NCBI GenBank assembly: GCA_963796455.1
Contig: CAWCLO010000004.1
Location: 896,001-960,000, forward strand
DNA from: Candidatus Sulfomarinibacteraceae bacterium
Lineage (GTDB): Bacteria > Acidobacteriota > Thermoanaerobaculia > Thermoanaerobaculales > Sulfomarinibacteraceae
Length of the DNA stretch: 64,000 bases
Direction: 5' to 3'
Shown here: piece after piece, positions 1 through 9,920 of the stretch
How the letters are laid out: each line of letters starts with the position of its first letter
Numbering within the stretch: the first letter of the stretch is position 1
Notes under the pieces: model-generated
What the model was told of the DNA's origin: nothing
The model's database searches: none
What the model saw: only the letters and a program-made list of their open reading frames with translations
Program-made: the position numbers and the translations under genes

Positions 1-555
1 AGGATCCGCGGTCAAGGGGTTGTCGGTTCATCCCATAGATCCTTCGACTACGCCCCCTCTGGGGCTGCGCTCAGGATGACATCGGAAGGCGACCCTCCCA
101 TGCAGGATGAATCGGTGCTATGTGGTTCTCCTTGGGTCACGTTCGACTGGTTGGGAACGGGAACCGAACTGTCGTTCAAGATGTCATCCTGAGCGAAGCG
201 CTTTCGGCGCGCAGTCGAAGGATCTGCGGTCATGGGGTCTGTCGGTTCATCCCATAGATCCTTCGACTACGCCCCCTATGGGGCTGCGCTCAGGATGACA
301 TCGGGAGGCGACCCTCCCGTACAGGATGAATCGGTGCTATGTGGTTCTCCTTGGGTCACGTTCGACTGGTTGGGAACGGGAACCGAACTGTCGTTCAAGA
401 TGTCATCCTGAGCGAAGCGCTTTCGGCGCGCAGTCGAAGGATCTGCGGTCAAGGGGTTGTCGGTTCATCCCATAGATCCTTCGACTACGCCCCCTATGGG
501 GCTGCGCTCAGGATGACATCGGGAGGCGACCCTCCCATGCAGGATGAATCGGTGC
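1..555. repeat. Tandem array of ~2.5 near-identical 218-219 bp units, each carrying a TGTCATCCTGAGCG...GTCGAAGGATCT/AGATCCTTCGAC...CGCTCAGGATGACA palindromic (REP/MITE-like) element
   Basis: AGGATC unit starts at 1, 219 and 438. Outer IR at 182-195/287-300, inner IR at 213-225/256-269. The array is cut by the window edge. Confidence 0.92.
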
Positions 556-564
556 CGGGATGGT

Positions 565-655
565 CCTCCCTTTCTCCTTTTCTCCCTTTCACCCTTTCTG
601 CCTTTCGGTAACGGCAACGGGCTCGGGATCCAGCATCCAGCATCGAGCATCCAGC
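565..655. repeat. Block of degenerate short tandem repeats (8-mer CCTTTCTC, 6-mer ACGGCA-like, 7-mer GCATCCA)
   Basis: cctccctttctccttttctccctttcaccctttctgcctttc; cggtaacggcaacgggctcggg; atccagcatccagcatcgagcatccagc. Confidence 0.75.
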
Positions 656-699
656 TTCGAGCGACGGGGTCCTTTCCCTTGCACCCTTACCCGGAATCC

Positions 700-1866
700 C
701 TATTCGGCTTCCGTCGGCATCCGATACCCCACCGCCGCATAGCCGACCCAGTGGTGGAGATTCGATGGCGCGGTATAGCCGAGGCCGGCCTCGCGAGCCG
801 CGGCGGATACCGGAAGCTCTGCTTCGGATAGGCTTGTGCCGTAACGCAGGAGGGCGCCGACAGGCGGAGCGCCTTCGGTCGCCACGGCAATCCTGCGCAA
901 GAGCTCGAGACCAAAAGGAATTGAAAACCGACCACACCACGGCAACTGGTATTCGAGGGTTTCCGGATCGACCAGGGTCTCGTGCATGGTCCGGAGCGCC
1001 TGTGGGTCGAGAGTTCCTGCCAGATAGTTCTCGGCCAGACCCCGATCTCGAGCAACTGCCTGTTCGTAGCCCTTTGTATCGGTGCCGAAAGGCGAATGGT
1101 CAAAATCGGGCCCGTAGTGGACGGCGTCCGACGAGACCACGACGGCCAGATCCCGTCCTAGGCGCCAGCCATTTTCTTCGAGGATCTCGACCACGGCCGA
1201 GGCGAGCACCTCATTGATCTCGGTCATCCTTTGCCAACCCATATACGGCACCAGGATCGGAACGATGGTTCTTTCGGGGTGGTCATGCTGGAGAAAGGGG
1301 ATGATCGCCTCGAGGGAGTGTTCACGACAGTGCATCGCGTTATCGACGACCAGCATTTCCGGGGGAACGGCGGCGATCAATCGGTCGCGGATCGGGTCGA
1401 CCGGAACCGGTCCCCAGGGTCCGTGCCAGGATTCGAAGTCGTCAAATACGATGCGATCTTCGAGAGCCCAGGATCGTGCACTATGAAAGACTCCGATCAA
1501 AAGCACTCTCGGAGCCGTGATTCGTTCGGTGAGGTGAACATAGACCCGCGAGGCATAGAGGTGGTCGTCATGCGGGCAGACGCCACCGATGAAACCATCA
1601 TCGGCAGTCATGCCAAGGGCCGCGTCCTGCGCCGCCACGGCCTCTTGCTCGAGCCGGATGGCGGTCGCCACGACCTCTTGCGCCTCGGCCTCGGCCACGA
1701 CAAAGCCCACCGTATCCATCTGGCCGCGCACCTGGTCGCCGGTTGAAGCCAGCCCCATCATGTTTTCCACTTCAGCTCGAGAGGGACCGTCCGGATTCGC
1801 TGCTGAAGCTGTTGCAGCCGCGGCCGCGGCAAAAACCATGCACGCCATAGCGAGGCACTGCGTCAC
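700..1866 (-). CDS. MEMO1-family (AmmeMemoRadiSam protein B-like) protein with N-terminal signal peptide
   Basis: Motifs CPHDDHLYA, LLIGVFH, EHSLE, SSDAVHYG, WCG, VGYAAV. Ala-rich leader ending ASA. GTG start overlaps the ispG stop, with a GGAGG SD. Confidence 0.8.
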   Translation of the reverse strand: MTQCLAMACMVFAAAAAATASAANPDGPSRAEVENMMGLASTGDQVRGQMDTVGFVVAEAEAQEVVATAIRLEQEAVAAQDAALGMTADDGFIGGVCPHDDHLYASRVYVHLTERITAPRVLLIGVFHSARSWALEDRIVFDDFESWHGPWGPVPVDPIRDRLIAAVPPEMLVVDNAMHCREHSLEAIIPFLQHDHPERTIVPILVPYMGWQRMTEINEVLASAVVEILEENGWRLGRDLAVVVSSDAVHYGPDFDHSPFGTDTKGYEQAVARDRGLAENYLAGTLDPQALRTMHETLVDPETLEYQLPWCGRFSIPFGLELLRRIAVATEGAPPVGALLRYGTSLSEAELPVSAAAREAGLGYTAPSNLHHWVGYAAVGYRMPTEAE

Positions 1867-3104
1867 GAATCACCTCCTGGAAATCTCTCTGAGACATAAG
1901 CGTCGATGATACGAAGAAAGGCCTCGGCGATCTCCTCGCTGGAGCCCTGAAGATTCGTCACCCGTTCTCCATCGACAAAGACCGGACACTTTGGGTCCTC
2001 GCCGGAGCCCGGGAGGCTGATGCCGATGTCGGCGGCCTTCGACTCGCCGGGGCCGTTGACGATGCAACCCATGACCGCGAGCTTGAGTCTCTGGGCGCCT
2101 GGGTGTTCGTCCCGCCATCGCGGCATGGCGTCTCGGAGATATGCCTCAACCCGTTGCGCGAGTTCTGCGAACACCCTGCTCTCGGTGCGACCGCAGCCGG
2201 GGCAAGCCGTGACCGTCGGGTGAAACGAGCGCAGGCTCAGCGCCTGAAGCAGTTCGCAGGCGGCGGCGACCTCCTCCGTTCGGCCGGCACCCGGCGCCGG
2301 TGTCAGGGACACGCGAATCGTGTCTCCGATGCCCTCGGCCAGCAGAACCGCCATCGCCGAAGCCGACCACACCAGACCCTTGGTTCCCATGCCGGCCTCG
2401 GTCAGCCCGAGATGGAGAGGCTGGCGCGTTCGCCGGTTCAGTTCACGATAGATCACAATCAGATCGACCGGCCGCGAGGTCTTGCACGAGATGACGATCC
2501 GATCCGGGGCCAGACCGTGCTCGAGCGCCTGGTCGGTGGATTCCAGGGCGGAGAGCACCATACAGTCGTTGAGGACCTCTTCCGCCGTTCTGCCGAGACC
2601 GGAGCGGGCATTCTCCTCCATCTTCTTCGTCACCAGAACGGAGTCCAGCGAACCGCCGTTGACACCGATGCGGATGGCTTTTCCGAGGTCGCGGGCGATC
2701 CGGCAGATCTCAGCGAAGTGAGCTGACGCGCGTCCTCCTCGGCCGATATTACCGGGGTTGATCCTGTACTTGGCCAGGGTCTCCGCACACTCGGCGTTGT
2801 CGCTGAGGAGGAGGTGACCGTTGTAATGGAAATCTCCGATCAGCGGCACGTTGCATCCGGCATCGGTGAGTCGCCGCTGAATCAACGGCACAGCCGCGGC
2901 CGCCCGCTCGTTGTTGACGGTGATGCGGACCAATTCGGCTCCGGCGGAAGCCAAGGCCTCAACTTGATTGGCTGTCGCCGTCACATCGTGGGTGGGGGTG
3001 TCGGTCATCGATTGAACCACAACCGGGGCCCCGCCACCGATGCAAACGCCTCCAACATCGACGGACACCGTTTTCTGAATCGGATGATTGATCTCGGACG
3101 CCAT
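1863..3104 (-). CDS. ispG: (E)-4-hydroxy-3-methylbut-2-enyl-diphosphate synthase
   Basis: VVVQSMT, DFHYNGH, RINPGN, RIGVNGGSL, HLGLTEAG, GIGDTIRVSL, CPGCGRT, AVMGCIVNGPGE. Start placed at ATG 3104 (MASEINHP). Confidence 0.97.
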   Translation of the reverse strand: MASEINHPIQKTVSVDVGGVCIGGGAPVVVQSMTDTPTHDVTATANQVEALASAGAELVRITVNNERAAAAVPLIQRRLTDAGCNVPLIGDFHYNGHLLLSDNAECAETLAKYRINPGNIGRGGRASAHFAEICRIARDLGKAIRIGVNGGSLDSVLVTKKMEENARSGLGRTAEEVLNDCMVLSALESTDQALEHGLAPDRIVISCKTSRPVDLIVIYRELNRRTRQPLHLGLTEAGMGTKGLVWSASAMAVLLAEGIGDTIRVSLTPAPGAGRTEEVAAACELLQALSLRSFHPTVTACPGCGRTESRVFAELAQRVEAYLRDAMPRWRDEHPGAQRLKLAVMGCIVNGPGESKAADIGISLPGSGEDPKCPVFVDGERVTNLQGSSEEIAEAFLRIIDAYVSERFPGGDS

Positions 3105-3132
3105 ACAATGCTGATCATAGCGTTGCCTGGGG

Positions 3133-3522
3133 GTGCTTGTGGAAAGCAGAGTGATTCGAGTCGAAGATTCGGAAAGCAGCCGCTGGCTCGAGGCGAGGGT
3201 CGAGATCGTCGGCGATGATCTGGTTGTGGCCGTGGGTGGGGGAGAGCGTCCGCACGTCGGTGTCGTCGTTCTCGCCCAACCCGTCGCTTCGCGTGGCGCC
3301 TCGCTTTCGGTGCTGACGATCCCGCCGCACAAGGAAGAACCGATTGCGCGCGGGATTGCCAAGCGATTGGCCACTGAACTCGGACGGGTGGCCGCTGTGA
3401 CCGCCGGTGTCCACGATGACAACATCGATGCCGAAGGCATCGCCTGCTACCTGCGCCTGGGAGAAGAGCTTGCGGAAGAACTGGTGAACGCACTCGGTCG
3501 GATCGATCAATGGGATGATTGA
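3133..3522 (+). CDS. Small LpdD-like (prenylated-flavin chaperone / PAC4-like fold) protein
   Basis: GDDLVVAVGGGERPHVG, HKE, VTAGVHDD pattern. Start may be a few codons downstream. Confidence 0.65.
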   Translation: MLVESRVIRVEDSESSRWLEARVEIVGDDLVVAVGGGERPHVGVVVLAQPVASRGASLSVLTIPPHKEEPIARGIAKRLATELGRVAAVTAGVHDDNIDAEGIACYLRLGEELAEELVNALGRIDQWDD

Positions 3523-3533
3523 TTCTTCTCCAT

Positions 3534-4128
3534 AATCACGGGGACACCGAGAGAGAACGCCCGCAGATCACGCAGATTGACGCAGATCCATCGCACTCGA
3601 TCTCATCGCGATCAGATAAGCCACAGATGGCCCAGATGGACCCAGATAGAGCCAAGAACGTCGCAACCACGAAGACTCTAAGACACGAAGCCGCCACCAA
3701 GGCGCTTGTCACGGCGTAGCCGCGGAGCGACGAAGCCGGACCCACAGAGCACAAAGAAAAACACAGAATGAACCACAAAGAACGCAAAGTCGTAGAGACG
3801 CAAAGGGTTGGTTTGCGGGCTTTTGCCGGGGGGTGCCATCAGTGTCGGCAGATCGACAGACGATCTCCGATCGCCAGTCGCCGGTGAGGAGCGGGGTGAC
3901 TCCCGATCGCCAGCGCTCGGAGTAACCTCGCTCCCCACCGACCGGTGCGCCTCCGGCACACCGGTTCTGCCTTGCATCGGAGACCCCCTTCTTCAATTGA
4001 AAGAAAGGGAAGGCTGCCCGTCTGTCGACGGCTTGAGTGAAATGGCCGTCTGATCGCTATCTGGGTTCATCTGGGTGATCTGTGGGCGGGCAGGACGATT
4101 GGCTCTATCATGTCTCCGTGTCACCGTG
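3534..4128. repeat. Modular intergenic element, copy A
   Basis: Triplet motifs CGCAGAT (3561-3587), CCCAGAT (3621-3647), CACGAAG (3665-3690), CACAGA (3741-3768), CGCAAAG (3771-3805). Core at 3837-3980. Inverted ATCTGGG triplet at 4059-4086. Homologous to 8941-9866 and 44106-44854. Confidence 0.88.
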
Positions 4129-4155
4129 CATCAATGACGAAGCCGCCCATATAGA

Positions 4156-6228
4156 ATGGTGGCAACGATGACCATCGTATTGTTCCTCCTCCTGGTGACC
4201 GCTGCGGGACTTGGCGGCTACGGCCTGCTGATTCGCCTCGGGCTCGACGATTTCGAGGCCTGGGCAGGTGGGCGGCTGGCCGGTCTGGTGGCGGTGGCAT
4301 TTCCCATCTGGTGGGCCGGGGTGCTCGGGTTGAAACGGTGGCAGGGCTTGGGTCTATTGCTGCTGTTGATCGCGGCCACCTATGGCGGCTACGTGCTCTT
4401 CAAGCGCCGGCCGTTTCGAGCGCTGCTTGCAGCCGAGGCCGTGTTTCTTGTCGGCGTACTGCTCATCGTTGTCCTGAGGCTCGACCACGCCTCGATCAGC
4501 GGCACCGAAAAGCCGATGGACATGGGGATATTCGCCTCTCTGATGCGGGCTGAAGGATTTCCGCCTCCTGATATGTGGTTGGCGGGTGAGGGGCTGGCGT
4601 ACTACTACTGGGGCGCCCTGATCTGGACCGTACCATTGGTGGTGGCGTCGATTCCCCTCGAGATCGCCTACAACCTGATCGTCGCGCTGATCGGTGGCCT
4701 GGTCGGTGTGTTGTTGTGGTCGCTCGGGCGGCGCCTCGGTGGCGGCCACTGGAGCGGCCTGATGGTGATGTTCTTCGGCGCTCTGGCCGGGACCCCTGAC
4801 GGGCTTCGACAACTCCTGGCGGGGACGCGTCTGTCGGGTCTGGACTACTGGCACTCCTCGCGCCAGATCCAGGACACCATCACCGAATTTCCGCTCTTCA
4901 CCCTCTGGCTCGGAGACCTGCATCCCCACCTGCTTTCGATGCCGCTCATTTGCATGGCGCTTTTGGTCGCCCTCGAAGCGGGCCGCAGGGGCCCGAATGT
5001 CCTGCAGGTTGCGGCATTGACGGTTCTTTTTGGTGCTGCCTACGCGGCCAATCCCTGGTGCATGCCGCCGACCCTGGTCGCCATTTCGTTGCTGCTGATG
5101 GCGGGGCCGGACCGATGGTATTGGCCGACGGGCGAAGGACAGCGCCGCTGGGTTGCCGCCGCAGTGATCGCCGTGGGTGGGTGGCTGCTCTTCTCGCCCT
5201 TCCACCTCAACTACCAACCCGTGTTCGGTGGCGTCAAACGAGTGATGGCATGGACCGCGCCGCAGGATCTTCTGCTTTATGGGGGCGTGCTGCTGATACC
5301 GGCCGCGATGGCGGCGATCGGCCTGGTGCGGCGTCAACTGGGCAGCACCGAAGAGGTTTCCCGAGCCGTGCTGCTGATGATGGGGGCGGCTGTGTTGGTC
5401 CTGGCCTCGGTGACCGGAAGACCGACCCTGTTGATTCTTCTGATTGTATTTCTTGTATTTGTCGGTGCTGTGCTTTCAGAGTTGTCCTCTAAAGACCGGC
5501 CTGCATTCGCATTGGCGGCGTTGGGCGTATTTCTGTTTTTTGTTCCCGAGATGATCTACGTCGCTGACGATTACGGCGAAGCCCTCCACCGCATGAATAC
5601 GATTTTCAAGTCCTTCATCCAGGGTTGGATCTTCCTGGCGGTGGCGTTGCCGGTCCTTCTGCGCTGGGGTGTCCGTCATCGCGCGGCTCGGGCTGTCCTG
5701 GTGTCGTTGATGGTGGTTGTTGCGCTGCCACATCCCATGAGCATGGTCGGCCACCAGCTGAAGGCCCAGAGCCGGGGGCTCGACGGTCTGACATGGATGC
5801 GGGCCGGCGACCGGGCGATCGTCCGCTGGCTGCGGCAACAGCCTGCGGGAACGACGATTATCGAGGCGGTCGGGGGTGCTTACTCCGAGTATTCCAGGTT
5901 CTCGGCTGCTTCCGGGGTGCCGACTCTGGTGGGGTGGTCGAATCACGAAATGGTGTGGCGGGGCTCCGACATCCTGGTTGAGACCGGGCGCCGCGAGGAG
6001 ATCGTCAAGGAAATCTATTCGGTCGGTGATCCGGCGAAGGTGCGCGACCTCGTCACGAAAGAAGGATTCCAGTTGGTGGTCATCGGTTCGTTGGAACGGA
6101 AGGATTTTGAAGAGGCCGGCATTCAAGCGGTGATCGACGCCGGAGAAATTGTTCTGGACGAAGATGGCGGCCTGGTGGTACGGATTCAACCTTCGCCTGA
6201 TGCGCAGCCGGTCGGCGAAGAGCCGTAG
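4156..6228 (+). CDS. DUF2298 / Chlor_Arch_YYY multi-pass membrane protein (putative GT-C glycosyltransferase)
   Basis: EKPMD...PPPDMWLAG..LAYYYWG, ITEFPLFT, GDLHPH, RMNTIFK, GWSNHE; many TM helices. Confidence 0.85.
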   Translation: MVATMTIVLFLLLVTAAGLGGYGLLIRLGLDDFEAWAGGRLAGLVAVAFPIWWAGVLGLKRWQGLGLLLLLIAATYGGYVLFKRRPFRALLAAEAVFLVGVLLIVVLRLDHASISGTEKPMDMGIFASLMRAEGFPPPDMWLAGEGLAYYYWGALIWTVPLVVASIPLEIAYNLIVALIGGLVGVLLWSLGRRLGGGHWSGLMVMFFGALAGTPDGLRQLLAGTRLSGLDYWHSSRQIQDTITEFPLFTLWLGDLHPHLLSMPLICMALLVALEAGRRGPNVLQVAALTVLFGAAYAANPWCMPPTLVAISLLLMAGPDRWYWPTGEGQRRWVAAAVIAVGGWLLFSPFHLNYQPVFGGVKRVMAWTAPQDLLLYGGVLLIPAAMAAIGLVRRQLGSTEEVSRAVLLMMGAAVLVLASVTGRPTLLILLIVFLVFVGAVLSELSSKDRPAFALAALGVFLFFVPEMIYVADDYGEALHRMNTIFKSFIQGWIFLAVALPVLLRWGVRHRAARAVLVSLMVVVALPHPMSMVGHQLKAQSRGLDGLTWMRAGDRAIVRWLRQQPAGTTIIEAVGGAYSEYSRFSAASGVPTLVGWSNHEMVWRGSDILVETGRREEIVKEIYSVGDPAKVRDLVTKEGFQLVVIGSLERKDFEEAGIQAVIDAGEIVLDEDGGLVVRIQPSPDAQPVGEEP

Positions 6229-7221
6229 ATGACGGGTTATGATGGACCGGTGATGTCCACTCAACCAGAACTCAGTGTTGTCGTTCCAGCTTATAACGAA
6301 GAAAAGAACGTCGCCGCCATGCACGAACGATTGGTGGCCTCGCTCGATGATCTCGTTGATGGCCTCGAAATCGTCTACGTCGACGACGGATCGGCGGACG
6401 ACACCTGGCAGATGGTCAGCGACCTGGCAGTCGCCGATCAACGGGTGCGGGGCATTCGCTTCGCCCGGAACTTCGGCCATCAAGCCGCGCTGACCGCCGG
6501 CGTGGACGCCGCCCGCGGGCGCGCGGTGGTGATCATCGACGGAGATCTTCAGGATCCGCCGGAGGTGATCCCCGAGATGGTCGAGAAATGGCGCGAAGGT
6601 TTTGAGGTGGTTTACGGCCAACGCGCGTCCCGCGAGGGCGAGACCTGGTTCAAGCTCACTACAGCATCTCTCTTTTATCGCATCCTTCGCGGAATCACGA
6701 ACGTCGAGATCCCGGTCGATACCGGCGATTTTCGTCTGATGGGACCACGTGCGGTGACGGCATTCAGGTCCTTGCCGGAACGTAATCGTTTCATCCGTGG
6801 ACTGGTCAGCTGGATTGGTTTTCGCCAGACCGCCGTGCTTTACAACCGGCGTGCACGCGAAGTCGGCGAGACAAAGTTCCCGGTTCGCAAAATGCTCCGT
6901 TTCGCCCTCGACGGCATTACTTCGTTTTCGTTCTTTCCGCTGCGGCTCGCGACCTGGACGGGTTTCGCGGTGTCGCTCTTCGCCTTTCTCTACATTGTGG
7001 TGGTGCTGGTTCTCAAGGCCATCGGTGTTTCGTGGCTCGGCTATACCTCATTGATGGCATCGATCCTCTTTCTTGGGGGAGTGCAATTGCTGATGATCGG
7101 CATCATGGGTGAGTATCTCGCGCGTATCTTCGATGAGGTCAAGCGGCGGCCCCTCTATCTGGTCGGCGATTCGACGGATGGAGAGGTGGGGGTTGTACCA
7201 CCCGAACGCCCGACCGCCTGA
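6229..7221 (+). CDS. GT2 polyprenol-phosphate glycosyltransferase (GtrB/YkoT-like)
   Basis: VVVPAYNE, VDDGS, RNFGHQAA, IDGDLQDPP, DTGDFRL, two C-terminal TM helices, GEYLARIF. Start could be 6253. Confidence 0.92.
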   Translation: MTGYDGPVMSTQPELSVVVPAYNEEKNVAAMHERLVASLDDLVDGLEIVYVDDGSADDTWQMVSDLAVADQRVRGIRFARNFGHQAALTAGVDAARGRAVVIIDGDLQDPPEVIPEMVEKWREGFEVVYGQRASREGETWFKLTTASLFYRILRGITNVEIPVDTGDFRLMGPRAVTAFRSLPERNRFIRGLVSWIGFRQTAVLYNRRAREVGETKFPVRKMLRFALDGITSFSFFPLRLATWTGFAVSLFAFLYIVVVLVLKAIGVSWLGYTSLMASILFLGGVQLLMIGIMGEYLARIFDEVKRRPLYLVGDSTDGEVGVVPPERPTA

Positions 7222-7368
7222 CATTTCGTCATCCTTTCCGGTTGAGGAAACAGACGGTAACCTGTGACCGCGGCGGAACACATTGTTCAGTTGATGTCGA
7301 TGGGGGAGCATTCTTATTCTGGAGACCCCGGTCGATCGCAGTCCGGATCTCGACGAAAAGGAGGGCAG

Positions 7369-7701
7369 ATGGACAGCTATTACAAGGCCGAACACCTGGC
7401 GCATTTCAGCGATATCTCCGAAGGCAATGACGAGCTGGCCAAGAAGTTTTTCGACTACTACGGTTCTGTCTTTGCCGATGGGGCCCTTACGGTTCGCGAA
7501 AAGGCCCTGATAGCGCTCGCAGTGTCCCATGCGGTGCAGTGTCCGTACTGCATCGACGCCTACTCGACCGAGAGCCTGAAACAGGGCGCCGACCTCGAGG
7601 AGATGACCGAGGCGGTGCACGTGGCGACCGCCATTCGCGGCGGCGCATCGTTGGTTCATGGCCTGCAGATGCTCGAACACGTAACCAAGTCGTCGATGTA
7701 G
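7369..7701 (+). CDS. AhpD/CMD-family peroxidase-like protein of the type associated with ArsS
   Basis: REKALIALAV, QCPYCIDAY, AIRGGASLVHG. AAGGAGG SD before ATG 7369. Confidence 0.9.
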   Translation: MDSYYKAEHLAHFSDISEGNDELAKKFFDYYGSVFADGALTVREKALIALAVSHAVQCPYCIDAYSTESLKQGADLEEMTEAVHVATAIRGGASLVHGLQMLEHVTKSSM

Positions 7702-7730
7702 ACAAAAAAGGCGGTCAAGGAGCAATTGGA

Positions 7731-8882
<1,152 letters not shown>

Positions 8883-8940
8883 ACCGTGGCCCGGGGTTGG
8901 GCGCTGTCACAGGGGCATCGCGAGATTTCATAACTGCAAC

Positions 8941-9866
8941 GGCGGAAGAACGCCCCCAGATCACGTAGATAGACGCAGATTGATCATCGCTATCGCTATC
9001 GCTATCGCTCTCGCTATCGGTATCGACGGGAGACGAATGCGATATGCCCACAGATCACCCAGATGGAGCCAGATTCAGCCCAAACCGTCGCAATCACGAA
9101 GCCACAAAGACACAAAGTAACCACCAAGTTGCTTGTCACGGCGTAGCCGCGGAGCGACGAAGCAGGACCCACAGAACACACAGAAAAACACAGAAGCCAT
9201 CGCAAAGGCACGACCGGAGTGCAGCCGGGACGGCTGCACCACCATGGTGGTGCACGCGTCTCGCGTGCACATGGTTGAACCGCAAAGAACGCAAAGTCGC
9301 CAAGGCCTGGTTGGTGAGCTTTTGCGGTGTTGTCATCAGTGTCGGCAGCTCGACAGACGATCTCTGATCGTCTGTCACCGGTGAGAAGCGGGGTGACTCC
9401 AATCGCCAGCGCTCGGAGTCACCCCGTTTCCCACCGGCCGGCAAGCCTACGGCATGCCGAATCTGCCTTGCATCGGGGGCCCCATCCTTGATTGAAGAAA
9501 AGGAGAGGAAGGAGGCGAGACCTGCGCGGTCGCGCAGGCCGCTGGGTAAGGAAATCGCGACGAAAGCTGGTTTTCGGGGCGATTTCCTTACCCAGCGGTA
9601 CCTGGCCGTCGGATGGCGGCCAAGACCTCGCCGAGCGGAGGGTTTTTCCGGGAAGTCCTCTGCGTCTCGCGCCTTTGCGTCTCTGCGTTAAGAACTCGGT
9701 AGGCGGAAAGCTGCCTGCATGTCAACGGGTCGAGGGAGATCGCTATCTGATTGTTATCTGCGTCCATCTGCGTGATCTGCGGGCGTTCTCTCTCTCTGTG
9801 CCTCCGTGCCTCTGTGGTTTTCTTGGTGTGACCCCTTCGTGCCTTCGTATCTTCGTGTTTGTGGCG
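8941..9866. repeat. Modular intergenic element, copy B (longest)
   Basis: Same motif order as copy A, plus an ATCGCT hexamer run (8986-9025), a REP pair (9219-9270), core at 9334-9476, a 20 bp IR (9539-9558/9579-9598) and an inverted right arm (9657-9866). Confidence 0.9.
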
Positions 9867-9920
9867 AGACGTGCTGGCTCGGTGTCTCTGCGGTTTGCCC
9901 AGGTCTAGCCTGATGGGGCG

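Noticed and set aside
1..555. CRISPR array or integron attC cassette array
   Set aside because: Whole 219 bp units are near-identical, with no unique spacers or cassette ORFs, and there is no cas or intI gene in the window.
3105..3440. 112 aa N-terminal extension of IspG
   Set aside because: It is the antisense shadow of the 3133-3522 gene; IspG homology begins at 3104.
3536..4053. Small ORFs within the repeat elements (also 9014-9908 and 44192-44965)
   Set aside because: They are translations of low-complexity repeats; reading frames and ends are not preserved between copies.
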